A stretch of 32,000 nucleotides of DNA from Candidatus Saccharimonadota bacterium (GCA_016700015.1 CP064995.1:930001-962000), one strand, 5' to 3'. Counted from the first letter of the stretch, positions 15,486 to 24,105 are shown. Numbers and translations are program-made. Notes: generated by a model from the sequence alone, not told the origin.

Positions 15486-15514
15486 TTACATATTAGTATT
15501 TCTTGAGTTACAAT
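15486..15514 (+). promoter_or_regulatory. Promoter abutting ATG 15522
   Basis: TTACAT (15486-15491), a 17-nt spacer, then TACAAT (15509-15514), then 7 nt to the ATG. Confidence 0.45.
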
Positions 15515-15521
15515 TGAGGGT

Positions 15522-16676
15522 ATGATACATATACCGGCGCCAGCACACAATTCGAAACTGACTAAGCTCGTTGTCGAACTGAGTAGTCTCAAAGATCATG
15601 CAGTAAGCGGCACTACTCCTGTGTGGATATTTTTCGAGTTAAAAAATTTGTTTCATATCGTCGAGGCACTTTCTTCTGCGCGCATAGAGGGTAACCATAC
15701 GACACTTGCCACATTTGTCGAGAAAAAACTTGACAAGTCTGATACAAAAAACGAAAAGCTGATCGAGATATCTAATCTTATTGAGGCGCTCAGTTATATA
15801 GATGGCTCAATCAATGAGGCAGTGATAGATAAGGATTACGTGTTTGCACTACATCGCATAGTTGTACGCAATCTGAGCGTAGGAACAGGCTGCGAGGGCG
15901 ATAAACGGCCCGGTGCCTATCGGCGTGAAAATAGAGCTATTGCAAAGTCAAGCCTAGTGCTGCCACAACACTATGATGTCCCAGATCTGATGACAGAATT
16001 CTATGACTTTTTGCAACGCCCGGAGTTGCCCCAGGACGATTTGTTGAAAATTGCCATCGCGCATCACAGATTTGTACAGATTCATCCGTTCGGCAATGGT
16101 AATGGTAGGGTTGTGCGACTACTGACGTACGCCATGCTGTGCAAGAAAGGATATATAATCCCTGGTTCTGCCCGCTTATTTAATCCAACAGCAGTTTTTG
16201 CTGGAGATCGAGACAGGTATTATGAAAAGTTGAGCCAGGCAGACAAGGGGGATGACGCAAGCCTGGCAGCATGGTGTGAGTATGTCCTCGACGGGCTAAA
16301 AACCGAGGTTGAAAAATCTCAAAAGTTTGCAGATCACAAGTTTGTACAAGATAACATACTGCTGCCTGCCTTCAGCTGGGCATTAGAAAAAAATGTTTTT
16401 AGCGAGTTGGAATATAAAATTCTTGTACGCCTCGCGAGGAAATCCAGCATAAAAGCTGGCGATATTCGTGATCTGTGGCCGGCAGACTATTCTCACGTTG
16501 TTGTATCGAAACAACTACGCAAGTTGAGGCGGCAGGGGTTTATTACAACGCTTAAGCCCAAGGGGAGATCTTATGTTCTGAAGCTAACAGGCAACAAGGC
16601 AACCAGAGGGATATTAGACCAAATGGACGCCCAAGGTTTACTGCCGATTCGCGTAGACGATGTTGAGCATGTATAG
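15522..16676 (+). CDS. Fic family protein (class II-like, with N-terminal inhibitory motif and a C-terminal wHTH-like region)
   Basis: The Fic motif is 'HPFGNGNGRVVR', i.e. HxFx(D/E)GNGRxxR with Asn at the acidic position. 'SSARIEGN' matches the (S/T)xxxE(G/N) inhibitory helix. Confidence 0.88.
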   Translation: MIHIPAPAHNSKLTKLVVELSSLKDHAVSGTTPVWIFFELKNLFHIVEALSSARIEGNHTTLATFVEKKLDKSDTKNEKLIEISNLIEALSYIDGSINEAVIDKDYVFALHRIVVRNLSVGTGCEGDKRPGAYRRENRAIAKSSLVLPQHYDVPDLMTEFYDFLQRPELPQDDLLKIAIAHHRFVQIHPFGNGNGRVVRLLTYAMLCKKGYIIPGSARLFNPTAVFAGDRDRYYEKLSQADKGDDASLAAWCEYVLDGLKTEVEKSQKFADHKFVQDNILLPAFSWALEKNVFSELEYKILVRLARKSSIKAGDIRDLWPADYSHVVVSKQLRKLRRQGFITTLKPKGRSYVLKLTGNKATRGILDQMDAQGLLPIRVDDVEHV

Positions 16677-16700
16677 AGTTCGATGTTCCACACGAATTTT

Positions 16701-16961
16701 CTAGGTTTTCCAGCGCTCGAGATGGGGAAGTTGTTTTTGGGCTAGCCAGCGCATCAGTCGGCCGCTGCCATTTTCGACCAGCGCTTTGTCGACGATTGTT
16801 CTCATCTCATCGAGGGTGCAGTCGGGTCCAATAAACGTACCGTTTTCGTAGCAAAGGCTACACCATTTTTCACTCTTGGTGCCGTCTGCTTCTGTGCCAC
16901 GGCAGTCACCTGCTTTTTTGGTACTTAGCGGCATCCCGCAGCTTTGACATTGTTTGCTCAT
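16701..16961 (-). CDS. Zinc-ribbon domain protein
   Basis: 'CQSCGMPL...GTEADGTKSEKWCSLCYENGTF' is the putative zinc-ribbon family pattern. TATAAT and AGGAGG lie upstream on the minus strand. Confidence 0.75.
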   Translation of the reverse strand: MSKQCQSCGMPLSTKKAGDCRGTEADGTKSEKWCSLCYENGTFIGPDCTLDEMRTIVDKALVENGSGRLMRWLAQKQLPHLERWKT

Positions 16962-17055
16962 ATCATGTACCTCCTAAGGTAATTATACTCCTGGTAGGGT
17001 TGGCGCTAAACACCCACACCCATTAATGTATTATTAGGGGAAGGAGAACTTATTT

Positions 17056-17247
17056 ATGAAGAACGAAAAGAAATCAACTCAAAACACGGGGCCGCAAGTT
17101 GACCCGATTCTCGTCATCGGAATTGCACTCGTACCCATAGGGATTGCACTCGCGAGCAGCGAGGCGAAAGCTGCCGGTTATGTCTCTCTGTTTTTTGCGG
17201 CGGCCATGATGATAGGCTCTGTTGCAAAACAGGCAAAGAGAAAATAG
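17056..17247 (+). CDS. Small membrane protein
   Basis: 63 aa, with an SD (GAAGGAG) upstream and two hydrophobic spans. Confidence 0.45.
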   Translation: MKNEKKSTQNTGPQVDPILVIGIALVPIGIALASSEAKAAGYVSLFFAAAMMIGSVAKQAKRK

Positions 17248-17287
17248 AAATTCACAACTGGCTCGGGCATGGTTGGAAACACCAGAG

Positions 17288-17293
17288 TATACT
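17288..17293 (+). promoter_or_regulatory. -10 box abutting ATG 17300 (leaderless)
   Basis: TATACT, then 6 nt (gactct), then ATG. Confidence 0.4.
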
Positions 17294-17299
17294 GACTCT

Positions 17300-17824
17300 A
17301 TGAAGTATGTTGTATTATTGAGGGGTATTAATGTCGGTGGAAACCGCAAGGTGCCGATGGCGGATTTGCGGGCGGTTTTTGAAGGTATGGGGTTCGCTGA
17401 CGTAGTAACATACATAAACTCTGGCAATGTGGTTTTTTCGGCACAGACGGCTCCAGTAGCAAGTGCCATTAAAGCACGGCTGGAGAAAGCTTTTGGCTTT
17501 GACATCGATACGCTGGTGTTATCTCAGGCGGAAGTCGTATCTGTTGCGAAGGCTATCCCAGACGAATGGTTGAATGACGCGGAGCAAAAGAGCGACGTAC
17601 TGTACCTGTTTGCGGACATTGATTCGTCAGATATCATGAGCAGCATTGGCTTCCGCCCAGAGTTCGAAACAATCCATTACGTGCCGGGCGCACTCATCAC
17701 GAATGTGTCGCGCAAATACCAGTCAAAAAGTAGCCTGCTCAAACTGGTCGGCACGCCACTGTATAGGCGCATGACTATCCGTAACGTCACGACTGCCCGC
17801 AAACTTGCTGAATTGGTACAATAG
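17300..17824 (+). CDS. DUF1697 family protein
   Basis: The start at ATG 17300 gives 'MKYVVLLRGINVGGNRKVPMADLRAVFEGMGF..VVTYINSGNVVF', the canonical DUF1697 N-terminus. Confidence 0.85.
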   Translation: MKYVVLLRGINVGGNRKVPMADLRAVFEGMGFADVVTYINSGNVVFSAQTAPVASAIKARLEKAFGFDIDTLVLSQAEVVSVAKAIPDEWLNDAEQKSDVLYLFADIDSSDIMSSIGFRPEFETIHYVPGALITNVSRKYQSKSSLLKLVGTPLYRRMTIRNVTTARKLAELVQ

Positions 17825-17828
17825 CGTC

Positions 17829-18545
17829 ATGACAGCAGAAGACGTAGTGTCCGAAATGCAGAACTATGCTAGTGATGCCGATGCGGTGAATCTGCAATGG
17901 TTTTTCAAGACGGGGCCGGGGGAATATGGTGAGGGTGATCAATTTATCGGCGTACGCGTGCCGATGATTCGGAAGGTTTGCAAAGAGTTTCGGCAATTGT
18001 CACTTGCTGAGGTACAAAAACTCATCGAAAGCCCGTTTCATGAGCACCGCATGGCAGGGCTCATCATATTGACACTCCAATACCCGCGTGCGTCAAATCA
18101 AGCGAAAAATGACATACTTGACCTCTATATGCAGGAGCTAAAGAGGCGAAATATCAATAATTGGGACCTTGTCGACGTCACGTGTCGCCACATCGTCGGC
18201 GAACATGTGCGAGATAACCGTGAAGTGCTATTCGAACTTGCGAAGAGCGACAACCTCTGGGAGCGTCGCGTCAGTATCATCAGTACCTTTGCCTATATCG
18301 CCCATGGTGATGCGAGTACTTCGCTCGAACTGGCCGAACTGCTGTTGCATGACCACGAAGACCTGATGCATAAAGCTGTTGGCTGGACACTCCGCGAAGT
18401 CGGCAAACGCTGCGACGAGCAACTGCTGCGTGATTTTCTCGACCGTCATGCCCACGACATGCCACGGACTGCGCTACGTTACGCTATAGAGCACCTGCCA
18501 GAAATCGATCGGCAGTACTACTTGTTATGTAAAGATACTGCATGA
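17829..18545 (+). CDS. DNA alkylation repair protein (AlkD-like HEAT-repeat family)
   Basis: The start is taken at ATG 17829. 'NLQWFFKTGPGEYGEGDQFIGVRVPMIRKV' and 'HKAVGWTLREVGKR' are remembered signatures of this family. Confidence 0.8.
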   Translation: MTAEDVVSEMQNYASDADAVNLQWFFKTGPGEYGEGDQFIGVRVPMIRKVCKEFRQLSLAEVQKLIESPFHEHRMAGLIILTLQYPRASNQAKNDILDLYMQELKRRNINNWDLVDVTCRHIVGEHVRDNREVLFELAKSDNLWERRVSIISTFAYIAHGDASTSLELAELLLHDHEDLMHKAVGWTLREVGKRCDEQLLRDFLDRHAHDMPRTALRYAIEHLPEIDRQYYLLCKDTA

Positions 18546-18585
18546 GCTCGTGACAGTTGTCGCGCCGGTATGCATGGGTGGTGAT

Positions 18586-18601
18586 TGTGAGATCAGTCAC
18601 A
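18586..18601. promoter_or_regulatory. Perfect CRP/FNR-family-type palindrome TGTGA-N6-TCACA
   Basis: TGTGAgatcagTCACA. It lies 8 nt upstream of the TGgTATGAT box and 50 nt before ATG 18651. Confidence 0.5.
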
Positions 18602-18606
18602 GATAG

Positions 18607-18615
18607 TGGTATGAT
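18607..18615 (+). promoter_or_regulatory. Extended -10 promoter for the 18651-21256 operon
   Basis: TGgTATGAT. The UTR contains AAGGAGG before ATG 18651. Confidence 0.45.
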
Positions 18616-18650
18616 AGCTCTATAGGGCGAGTGCCCACAAAGGAGGCATT

Positions 18651-19796
18651 ATGGATTTGCTACTTTCTGTCTTACGCATGATTGGCGCGTCACTAATATT
18701 TGTGGTGGCTATCGGTAGCCTTGTGACGTGGGTTATGACGCGTGCCAAGCTGGCTCAGATGCGCGTAGCAGCACAGCAGCACAAGACGCAGCAAGATTTG
18801 TCTCAAGATGAGAAAAATCGACTTAATCGCCAATACAATCGTACGGCCACTATCAAGCGACTCAGCGGTATTACTACGCTCATCAGCGGGATAGTGGCGG
18901 TGGCACTACTTGCGCTACTAGTGATCATGCCATATCAGATGATGCAGTTTCTTGGCGTGCCCACTGCACTTACTCCCAGGGGCACCACCGGTTCGCAGCG
19001 TTCGGGTGACATTTCGGTTATGCAACAACGGTTTAAGGATGCACTGATGAGCCAAAATCAGCAGAATGTAGACGCCCTCGCTTGTGGTACGGGTGACGCG
19101 AATCCACTTGATATGTCGTTCCAGGCTGGCAAGTATGCGGTCGAGGCTATGGAAGACGTCACACTGACGATGAGTCGTGAAAAAAGCTCGACTGACCCCT
19201 ACAAATTTAATGTCAATGCCATTGCTGCCATCGCAGGAATGCGCTTTAAGTACACCTACGATGTCTATGCACGCAAAGACTCGTTTGGCAGCTTCTGTCT
19301 ACTAACAATGGGCGCAATCGTTGATCCAGTACTAGTTGGTGCGCGAAACGATACCTCATTGAAGCGGATTGACGGACTCGAAGTTGACCGAGAGACATGC
19401 GGGATTAACGCCGCTGCACTGCTTGACGGGGTCAAGCAGTTCTGGAAAGCACGGGTAGATACGGAGAAAAAGTACTACATAGACAACCCAATTGCGTCAT
19501 TTGCGCCACTGGCGTACTGTGCTCCTGGTAAACAAGAAGAGATCTATCGATTATTCGGTAGTGCTGATGCGGTTCGAGCGTATGACGATACCTTCGATAT
19601 CGGTAATTGGGATTATAGCGAGGCTGCAGTTAACGAGCCGGTTAGTTTTTCGAGCCGCCCATACTTCACGCCGAAAGCACTCGGTGACTATTCACCACAG
19701 ACAAAGTGGAAGCTCACCGGCACACTTGTGGCAGATGCTACCCAGCCTGGGCATTACGTACTGGGTGGTGTTAGCTATAGCGGGGTACAAAAATAA
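18651..19796 (+). CDS. Membrane protein (2 TM plus a ~270-aa extracytoplasmic domain), hypothetical
   Basis: 381 aa with a strong SD. TM1 is ~IGASLIFVVAIGSLVTWVM, followed by a charged Q/R-rich linker, then TM2 ~ITTLISGIVAVALLALLVI. Confidence 0.65.
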   Translation: MDLLLSVLRMIGASLIFVVAIGSLVTWVMTRAKLAQMRVAAQQHKTQQDLSQDEKNRLNRQYNRTATIKRLSGITTLISGIVAVALLALLVIMPYQMMQFLGVPTALTPRGTTGSQRSGDISVMQQRFKDALMSQNQQNVDALACGTGDANPLDMSFQAGKYAVEAMEDVTLTMSREKSSTDPYKFNVNAIAAIAGMRFKYTYDVYARKDSFGSFCLLTMGAIVDPVLVGARNDTSLKRIDGLEVDRETCGINAAALLDGVKQFWKARVDTEKKYYIDNPIASFAPLAYCAPGKQEEIYRLFGSADAVRAYDDTFDIGNWDYSEAAVNEPVSFSSRPYFTPKALGDYSPQTKWKLTGTLVADATQPGHYVLGGVSYSGVQK

Positions 19797-21256
19797 TGGC
19801 AGATCTATTCAGCGACAACACGATCAATGACGCAACAAATAGTGCGCGATCAAAGCGGCGTAGCATAGTAATGGTTGCAGGTGGGTTACTGACGGTAGCC
19901 CTTATTGTGGGCGGGCTACTGGTGTATCGTTCGTGGTACCAGAGCACACAGGGTACGAAGGCGACGTATCAGCAAGGTTTGATCGATCTCAGCGGGCTGA
20001 CGCGCGCGATTAGCGAGAAAAAACGTGATGACGTACTCGCTTACGCGTCTGGCCAGGGTCGTGAAGCACTGGCCCGCTGGTACGACAACATGCAAGTAAT
20101 TGGCTATAGTTATGGTGGTATGGTGTTCCAGCGGGATGGCTCACTCCAGTACTACGACCCTACAAGTACGAAGACCCATACGCTTGAGGTACTTGCGGGC
20201 ACCGCTAAGCCAGGTGCGATGAGCTTTGCTGCATTACCTGGAAAAACAATCGAACCCGCCGTTACCACAACCTCGACCTATCGGCTAACGATCAACACCG
20301 GTCCAAACTATCACGGTGGGTTTGTGATTACCACCATGGAGGGACTCGATAATCCGCCATGGGACAATGCCGACCTCGAATCAATCAAAGATGGTAATGT
20401 GACGGTTGTGGGTGTTAAAGGTACCGCAGACGCACTGCGCCAGGTGATGCCTGGTGCAAAGTTGGCTGCTGTGTTCTTTCAGCATTTATATAGTACGACA
20501 CAGCTCGATAATCTTAGCAGCAGCTACGTACGGTCGTATTTGATATTTGTCAGCCCCGATTTCAAAACCTACCAGAACTATTTCAAACGACCCGACGGTA
20601 AATACGCTGTCATCAGTGAATCACTGGCGGTGACCAATGTATTTCCGGCTATTGACATTGGCCAAGCATTCCGTGGCACATCGCTCGATGGCATTGCAGC
20701 ACCAAAGAATGCTGCCGGTAGCGGGGTTGCGGTGATGAGAGATGTGGAGGGGCTCAGGCAGTACAGTTACGGGCGTGATTTTGACTCATTTGTGGCCGGT
20801 ATCGCAGTGCACGAATGGACGCACCAGTATTATGAGTATTTCTCTACAATCGGCGCTCGTCCAAGAGTGTGCGCCATCGAGGGTATTGCTCGTATGTCGG
20901 ACGGTATGTTCACGCAGGGTGAGACAGACTGGCGGAAAGCTAATTTTGCAAACTATGCCGCACACCACACCAAGCCGATTTTTCCTGTGGCAGAACCAAG
21001 TCAGACGGAGATCTATGGCAGCGACGGCGCTGCATGGTATAGCACCTGCGCCTCACTGTTCTATTACCTTGCGAGCAAAGGCCACAATCCGTTCGAGGTT
21101 GCACGTGAGGTGTATCGCCAGGCCTCTCCAGTCCTAGCGGGAGGACTCGATGAGTCAACTAGTGTGTTCGAGCAGATCCCTGGGGTGACAGATACTAGTG
21201 CGCAGGCTGCACTGCGTGGGGGCTGGGATACATGGGTGCGCAGTTTTTATCATTAA
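19796..21256 (+). CDS. Membrane-anchored putative zinc metallopeptidase (HExxH, peptidase MA-like)
   Basis: Its ATG overlaps the upstream TAA by 1 nt (TAATG). N-terminal anchor ~IVMVAGGLLTVALIVGGLLVY. 'AVHEWTHQYY' (HExxH) is followed ~22 aa later by 'AIEGIAR', a gluzincin-type third-ligand Glu. Confidence 0.6.
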   Translation: MADLFSDNTINDATNSARSKRRSIVMVAGGLLTVALIVGGLLVYRSWYQSTQGTKATYQQGLIDLSGLTRAISEKKRDDVLAYASGQGREALARWYDNMQVIGYSYGGMVFQRDGSLQYYDPTSTKTHTLEVLAGTAKPGAMSFAALPGKTIEPAVTTTSTYRLTINTGPNYHGGFVITTMEGLDNPPWDNADLESIKDGNVTVVGVKGTADALRQVMPGAKLAAVFFQHLYSTTQLDNLSSSYVRSYLIFVSPDFKTYQNYFKRPDGKYAVISESLAVTNVFPAIDIGQAFRGTSLDGIAAPKNAAGSGVAVMRDVEGLRQYSYGRDFDSFVAGIAVHEWTHQYYEYFSTIGARPRVCAIEGIARMSDGMFTQGETDWRKANFANYAAHHTKPIFPVAEPSQTEIYGSDGAAWYSTCASLFYYLASKGHNPFEVAREVYRQASPVLAGGLDESTSVFEQIPGVTDTSAQAALRGGWDTWVRSFYH

Positions 21257-21278
21257 ATAATTTAAAAAGGGAGTGTAT

Positions 21279-21677
21279 ATGCGATATGTAATGCAACTAC
21301 TAGTAGCCGGTGGGGTCATGGGACTATTGGATTTTGTGTGGCTCGGCTACATTGCAAAGCGGCTGTACTACAGCGAAATGGGGAACATACTACTTGAAAA
21401 GTTCAACATGGTGCCAGCACTGCTATTTTACGTGATTTATGTCATTGGCGTGGTGGTATTCGTCATCAATCCCGCGCTGGCTAAGGGATCGCTAGCCTAT
21501 GCGGCTGGCTATGGTGCACTCTTTGGACTTGTTGCCTATGCGACCTATGATCTAACTAGTCTCGCGGTAGTCAAGGGATTTAGCACAAAGATTGTGGTGA
21601 TAGATATGGTGTGGGGGATGGCGCTGACAGCCGTTGTTGCATCAATCGCCTATCTCGTGGTGCACAAATGGTTTTAG
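21279..21677 (+). CDS. DUF2177 family membrane protein
   Basis: The start is taken at ATG 21279, 6 nt after AAGGGAG. 'LLDFVWLGYIAKRLY', 'YATYDLTSLAVVKGFS' and 'IDMVWG' match the DUF2177 pattern. Confidence 0.75.
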   Translation: MRYVMQLLVAGGVMGLLDFVWLGYIAKRLYYSEMGNILLEKFNMVPALLFYVIYVIGVVVFVINPALAKGSLAYAAGYGALFGLVAYATYDLTSLAVVKGFSTKIVVIDMVWGMALTAVVASIAYLVVHKWF

Positions 21678-22453
21678 GCGATATTTTACCTATGTTCGTG
21701 GCGGCATTGGTCGGGGCACTGTGCCTTCAGCTGCTGGCATATGCACAGTACCTCCGCCACAGCAGGGTCGACGTCGTCGATGTTGCTTGGGGGATGACGT
21801 TCGTTGCGGCGGTTGTTGCCATGCAGATCCACAGGCCCACACTTGCACCAAGCGTGCTACTGGTCGATGGGCTGGTACTGGTGTGGGCTGCCCGACTATC
21901 GCTCCATATTTACCAGCGTTTTGTGCGCACGAGCCGTCAGGACGAACGCTACACTACTCTGGTGGCGCGGTGGCCTCGGCGACATATGCGACTACAGGTA
22001 CTGACAAGGATTTTTATGGTACAGGCGCTACTTGCGGTCATGGTGAGTGCGCCAGTAGCCATAATTCATCATTACCAGCCGTCACTTACAACCTTGGTGT
22101 GGTGTGGACTGGTGATATGGACAGTGGGGTTTGTGATCGAAATGTGGGCCGATCGCCAGCTGACAGTCTTTTTACGTACCGCCAAGCCAGGTAGTCTAAT
22201 GCAGTCGGGGCTGTGGCGTTACTCTCGGCACCCGAACTATTTTGGCGAGATTACTATGTGGTGGGGTATTGCAGTGATGGCAGTCACCACGCCACTCTGG
22301 TTGGTCGGACTGATGGGTGCTGCTACGATTACAATTTTGATTTGCTATGTGTCGGGTATCCCACTTGCAGAGCAGCGCGCATCTGAAAAAAGAGAATGGG
22401 AAATATATCGAAAAACGACAAGTGTACTGGTGCCGCTACCGCGACGTGAGTAA
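21668..22453 (+). CDS. DUF1295 family membrane protein (steroid-reductase/ICMT-like fold)
   Basis: The start is taken at ATG 21668, a 10-nt overlap with the upstream gene. Signature 'GLWRYSRHPNYFGEITMWWG'. Confidence 0.8.
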   Translation: MVLGDILPMFVAALVGALCLQLLAYAQYLRHSRVDVVDVAWGMTFVAAVVAMQIHRPTLAPSVLLVDGLVLVWAARLSLHIYQRFVRTSRQDERYTTLVARWPRRHMRLQVLTRIFMVQALLAVMVSAPVAIIHHYQPSLTTLVWCGLVIWTVGFVIEMWADRQLTVFLRTAKPGSLMQSGLWRYSRHPNYFGEITMWWGIAVMAVTTPLWLVGLMGAATITILICYVSGIPLAEQRASEKREWEIYRKTTSVLVPLPRRE

Positions 22454-22464
22454 TGTGAAAATTA

Positions 22465-22491
22465 ATAGCTCGGTCTAATCGACCGAGCTAT
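22465..22491. terminator. Bidirectional hairpin terminator between convergent genes
   Basis: atagctcggtc / taatc / gaccgagctat. This is a perfect 11-bp stem with a 5-nt loop, between the stops at 22453 (+) and 22509 (-). Confidence 0.65.
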
Positions 22492-22508
22492 CTCTACACA
22501 ACCCTAGT

Positions 22509-22907
22509 TTAGCTGCCGAAGATTGTAAGGTAGTTTCCGTTGCCCCTATACATACGCGCACCGGCTATAGGAACATTTGGATCAACATTAGTCCATTTGA
22601 CTATAGGCCCACAAGACACTGCCTTCCCTGAGCTAGTATAATCGCTATCGGCAAGCGTACCTGGCCATGATTGACCAGACACCCTGAGTCGGATTTCGAC
22701 ACAGTAGCCATCGGTTTTTATATCATCAACCTCACCAAAAGCAAACCAGCCAGAAGGCCATGTATCATCAAAACCTATCCACGCAGCTCCCCAAGAGCTA
22801 TATTGCCATGGACTCCTCCATGCGCTTGCAGTGTCACCGCCAAATAGCGAGAAAGCCGTCATCAAAACGACAGCAAACACTAGTGTTAGTTTTTTATAAA
22901 GTTTCAT
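22509..22907 (-). CDS. Small secreted Trp-rich protein, hypothetical
   Basis: The start is taken at ATG 22907, 6 nt after AAGGAGGTG. Signal peptide MKLYKKLTLVFAVVLMTAFSLFGGDTASA/W. The mature part is rich in W, G and D. Confidence 0.65.
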   Translation of the reverse strand: MKLYKKLTLVFAVVLMTAFSLFGGDTASAWRSPWQYSSWGAAWIGFDDTWPSGWFAFGEVDDIKTDGYCVEIRLRVSGQSWPGTLADSDYTSSGKAVSCGPIVKWTNVDPNVPIAGARMYRGNGNYLTIFGS

Positions 22908-23020
22908 ACGCACCTCCTTGTTAGGTAGTTCCCACTATAGGATAGTAGAGCGAGCCACACAATTACAGAATAGCAACTAAAGATAAGAAAATGATGTTAT
23001 AAGTACAACAGTAATGATTT

Positions 23021-23302
23021 TTATCTACGAATATAGCCGTGTGCTGGTTTTGTGCGGTGCGGACACCCCGACCAGCAGCATGGGCGACGCTCGCCACGCG
23101 AGAGCTTGTCGATAGCAACATGTATGCGCCTAGTGCGGGTTTCGGGTTTTTTGGCTGATGTGATCCAGCAAATAAATTCGCTTCGGGCTAGAGGCGTGAT
23201 ATCGTTCCATGCATGGTGGAAACGCGCATCTGTGGTGAGCATGGCACGTAAGTCTTGGGGGATTCTGTGAATAGAACCTTGAGCGAGTGATCTGTCCTGC
23301 AT
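23021..23302 (-). CDS. YdeI/OmpD-associated (OmdA) family protein
   Basis: 'IPQDLRAML...AWNDITPLARSEFICWITSAKKPETRTRRI' is the remembered YdeI/OmdA pattern. Confidence 0.7.
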   Translation of the reverse strand: MQDRSLAQGSIHRIPQDLRAMLTTDARFHHAWNDITPLARSEFICWITSAKKPETRTRRIHVAIDKLSRGERRPCCWSGCPHRTKPAHGYIRR

Positions 23303-23309
23303 GGTACCG

Positions 23310-23315
23310 ATTTTA
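23310..23315 (-). promoter_or_regulatory. -10 box close to ATG 23302 (leaderless)
   Basis: On the minus strand: TAAAAT, then 7 nt (cggtacc), then ATG. Confidence 0.35.
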
Positions 23316-23369
23316 ACTCAAAGAATGCGTTATGAGAATGCGGCAGTGGTAATCGGGCAGGGTGGCACG

Positions 23370-23375
23370 TATACT
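23370..23375 (+). promoter_or_regulatory. -10 box abutting ATG 23382 (leaderless)
   Basis: TATACT, then 6 nt (attggt), then ATG. Confidence 0.4.
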
Positions 23376-23381
23376 ATTGGT

Positions 23382-23993
23382 ATGAGCGAGATTATATATG
23401 TGTTAACGAACGAAGCGATGCCAGGCTATGTAAAAATTGGCAAAACCACGACCAGCCTTGAGCAACGTATTCGCGAACTGAGCGCTTCGACCAGTGTACC
23501 GATGCCATTTACTGCTTATTATGCTTGTACCGTACATGATGCTGGATTTGTCGAGCACCAGCTTCATGACGCATTTGGCGATAACCGCACGAACCCACGA
23601 CGGGAATTTTTTGCGATCGATCCTGAACGCGTGGTGGCGGCGCTCAAGCTGGCGCAAATAGAAGACATCACACCGCGGCATGATATCGTCGACTCGCAGG
23701 AGGATCAACGGGCCCTGAATGAAGCCAGGCAAAAACGCAGCCGATTTAACTTCGATATGGTCAGTATTCCGCTTGGTGCCGAGCTACAGTTTAGTCGCGA
23801 TGAATCGGTCACGGCGCGCGTAATTGGTCGCACCGGGTCAGAAAGTATCGAATTTCGCGGTGCCCCTACTAGCCTTTCGGCTGCAGCTCAAGAAGTGCTG
23901 GGATACCAAAATGTGGTGTCAGGTACTGACTACTGGATGTACAAGGGCGAGACGCTTGATGAGCGCCGCCGCCGGATGGAAGAAGCCGAGTGA
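23382..23993 (+). CDS. GIY-YIG-like nuclease family protein (T5orf172/MUG113-type) with a C-terminal extension
   Basis: The start is taken at ATG 23382. 'IYVLTNEAMPGYVKIGKTT.SLEQRIRELS.STSVPMPF...REFF' is the T5orf172/MUG113 pattern. Confidence 0.75.
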   Translation: MSEIIYVLTNEAMPGYVKIGKTTTSLEQRIRELSASTSVPMPFTAYYACTVHDAGFVEHQLHDAFGDNRTNPRREFFAIDPERVVAALKLAQIEDITPRHDIVDSQEDQRALNEARQKRSRFNFDMVSIPLGAELQFSRDESVTARVIGRTGSESIEFRGAPTSLSAAAQEVLGYQNVVSGTDYWMYKGETLDERRRRMEEAE

Positions 23994-24061
23994 GATTATT
24001 GCTCGAAAGACCCGCTTACTACAACAATACTATATAAAGGGTAAGCGCTGAGCATCAAAAT

Positions 24062-24077
24062 TGTGACATTGATCACA
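24062..24077. promoter_or_regulatory. Perfect CRP/FNR-family-type palindrome TGTGA-N6-TCACA at about -42 of the lipid-kinase promoter
   Basis: TGTGAcattgaTCACA. 22 nt separate it from the -10 hexamer (24100-24105). Its centre (24069.5) is ~42.5 nt upstream of ATG/TSS 24112. Confidence 0.55.
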
Positions 24078-24096
24078 CCAATCTCGCCGCTCGTGG

Positions 24097-24105
24097 TGCT
24101 ATAGT
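24097..24105 (+). promoter_or_regulatory. Extended -10 promoter abutting ATG 24112 (leaderless)
   Basis: TGcTATAGT, then 6 nt (gcagct), then ATG. Confidence 0.5.

Noticed and set aside
24013-24047. Hairpin cgcttac ... gtaagcg after the GIY-YIG-like gene as a terminator.
   Set aside because: It has only a 7-bp stem with a ~21-nt loop and no T-tract, which is too weak to call.
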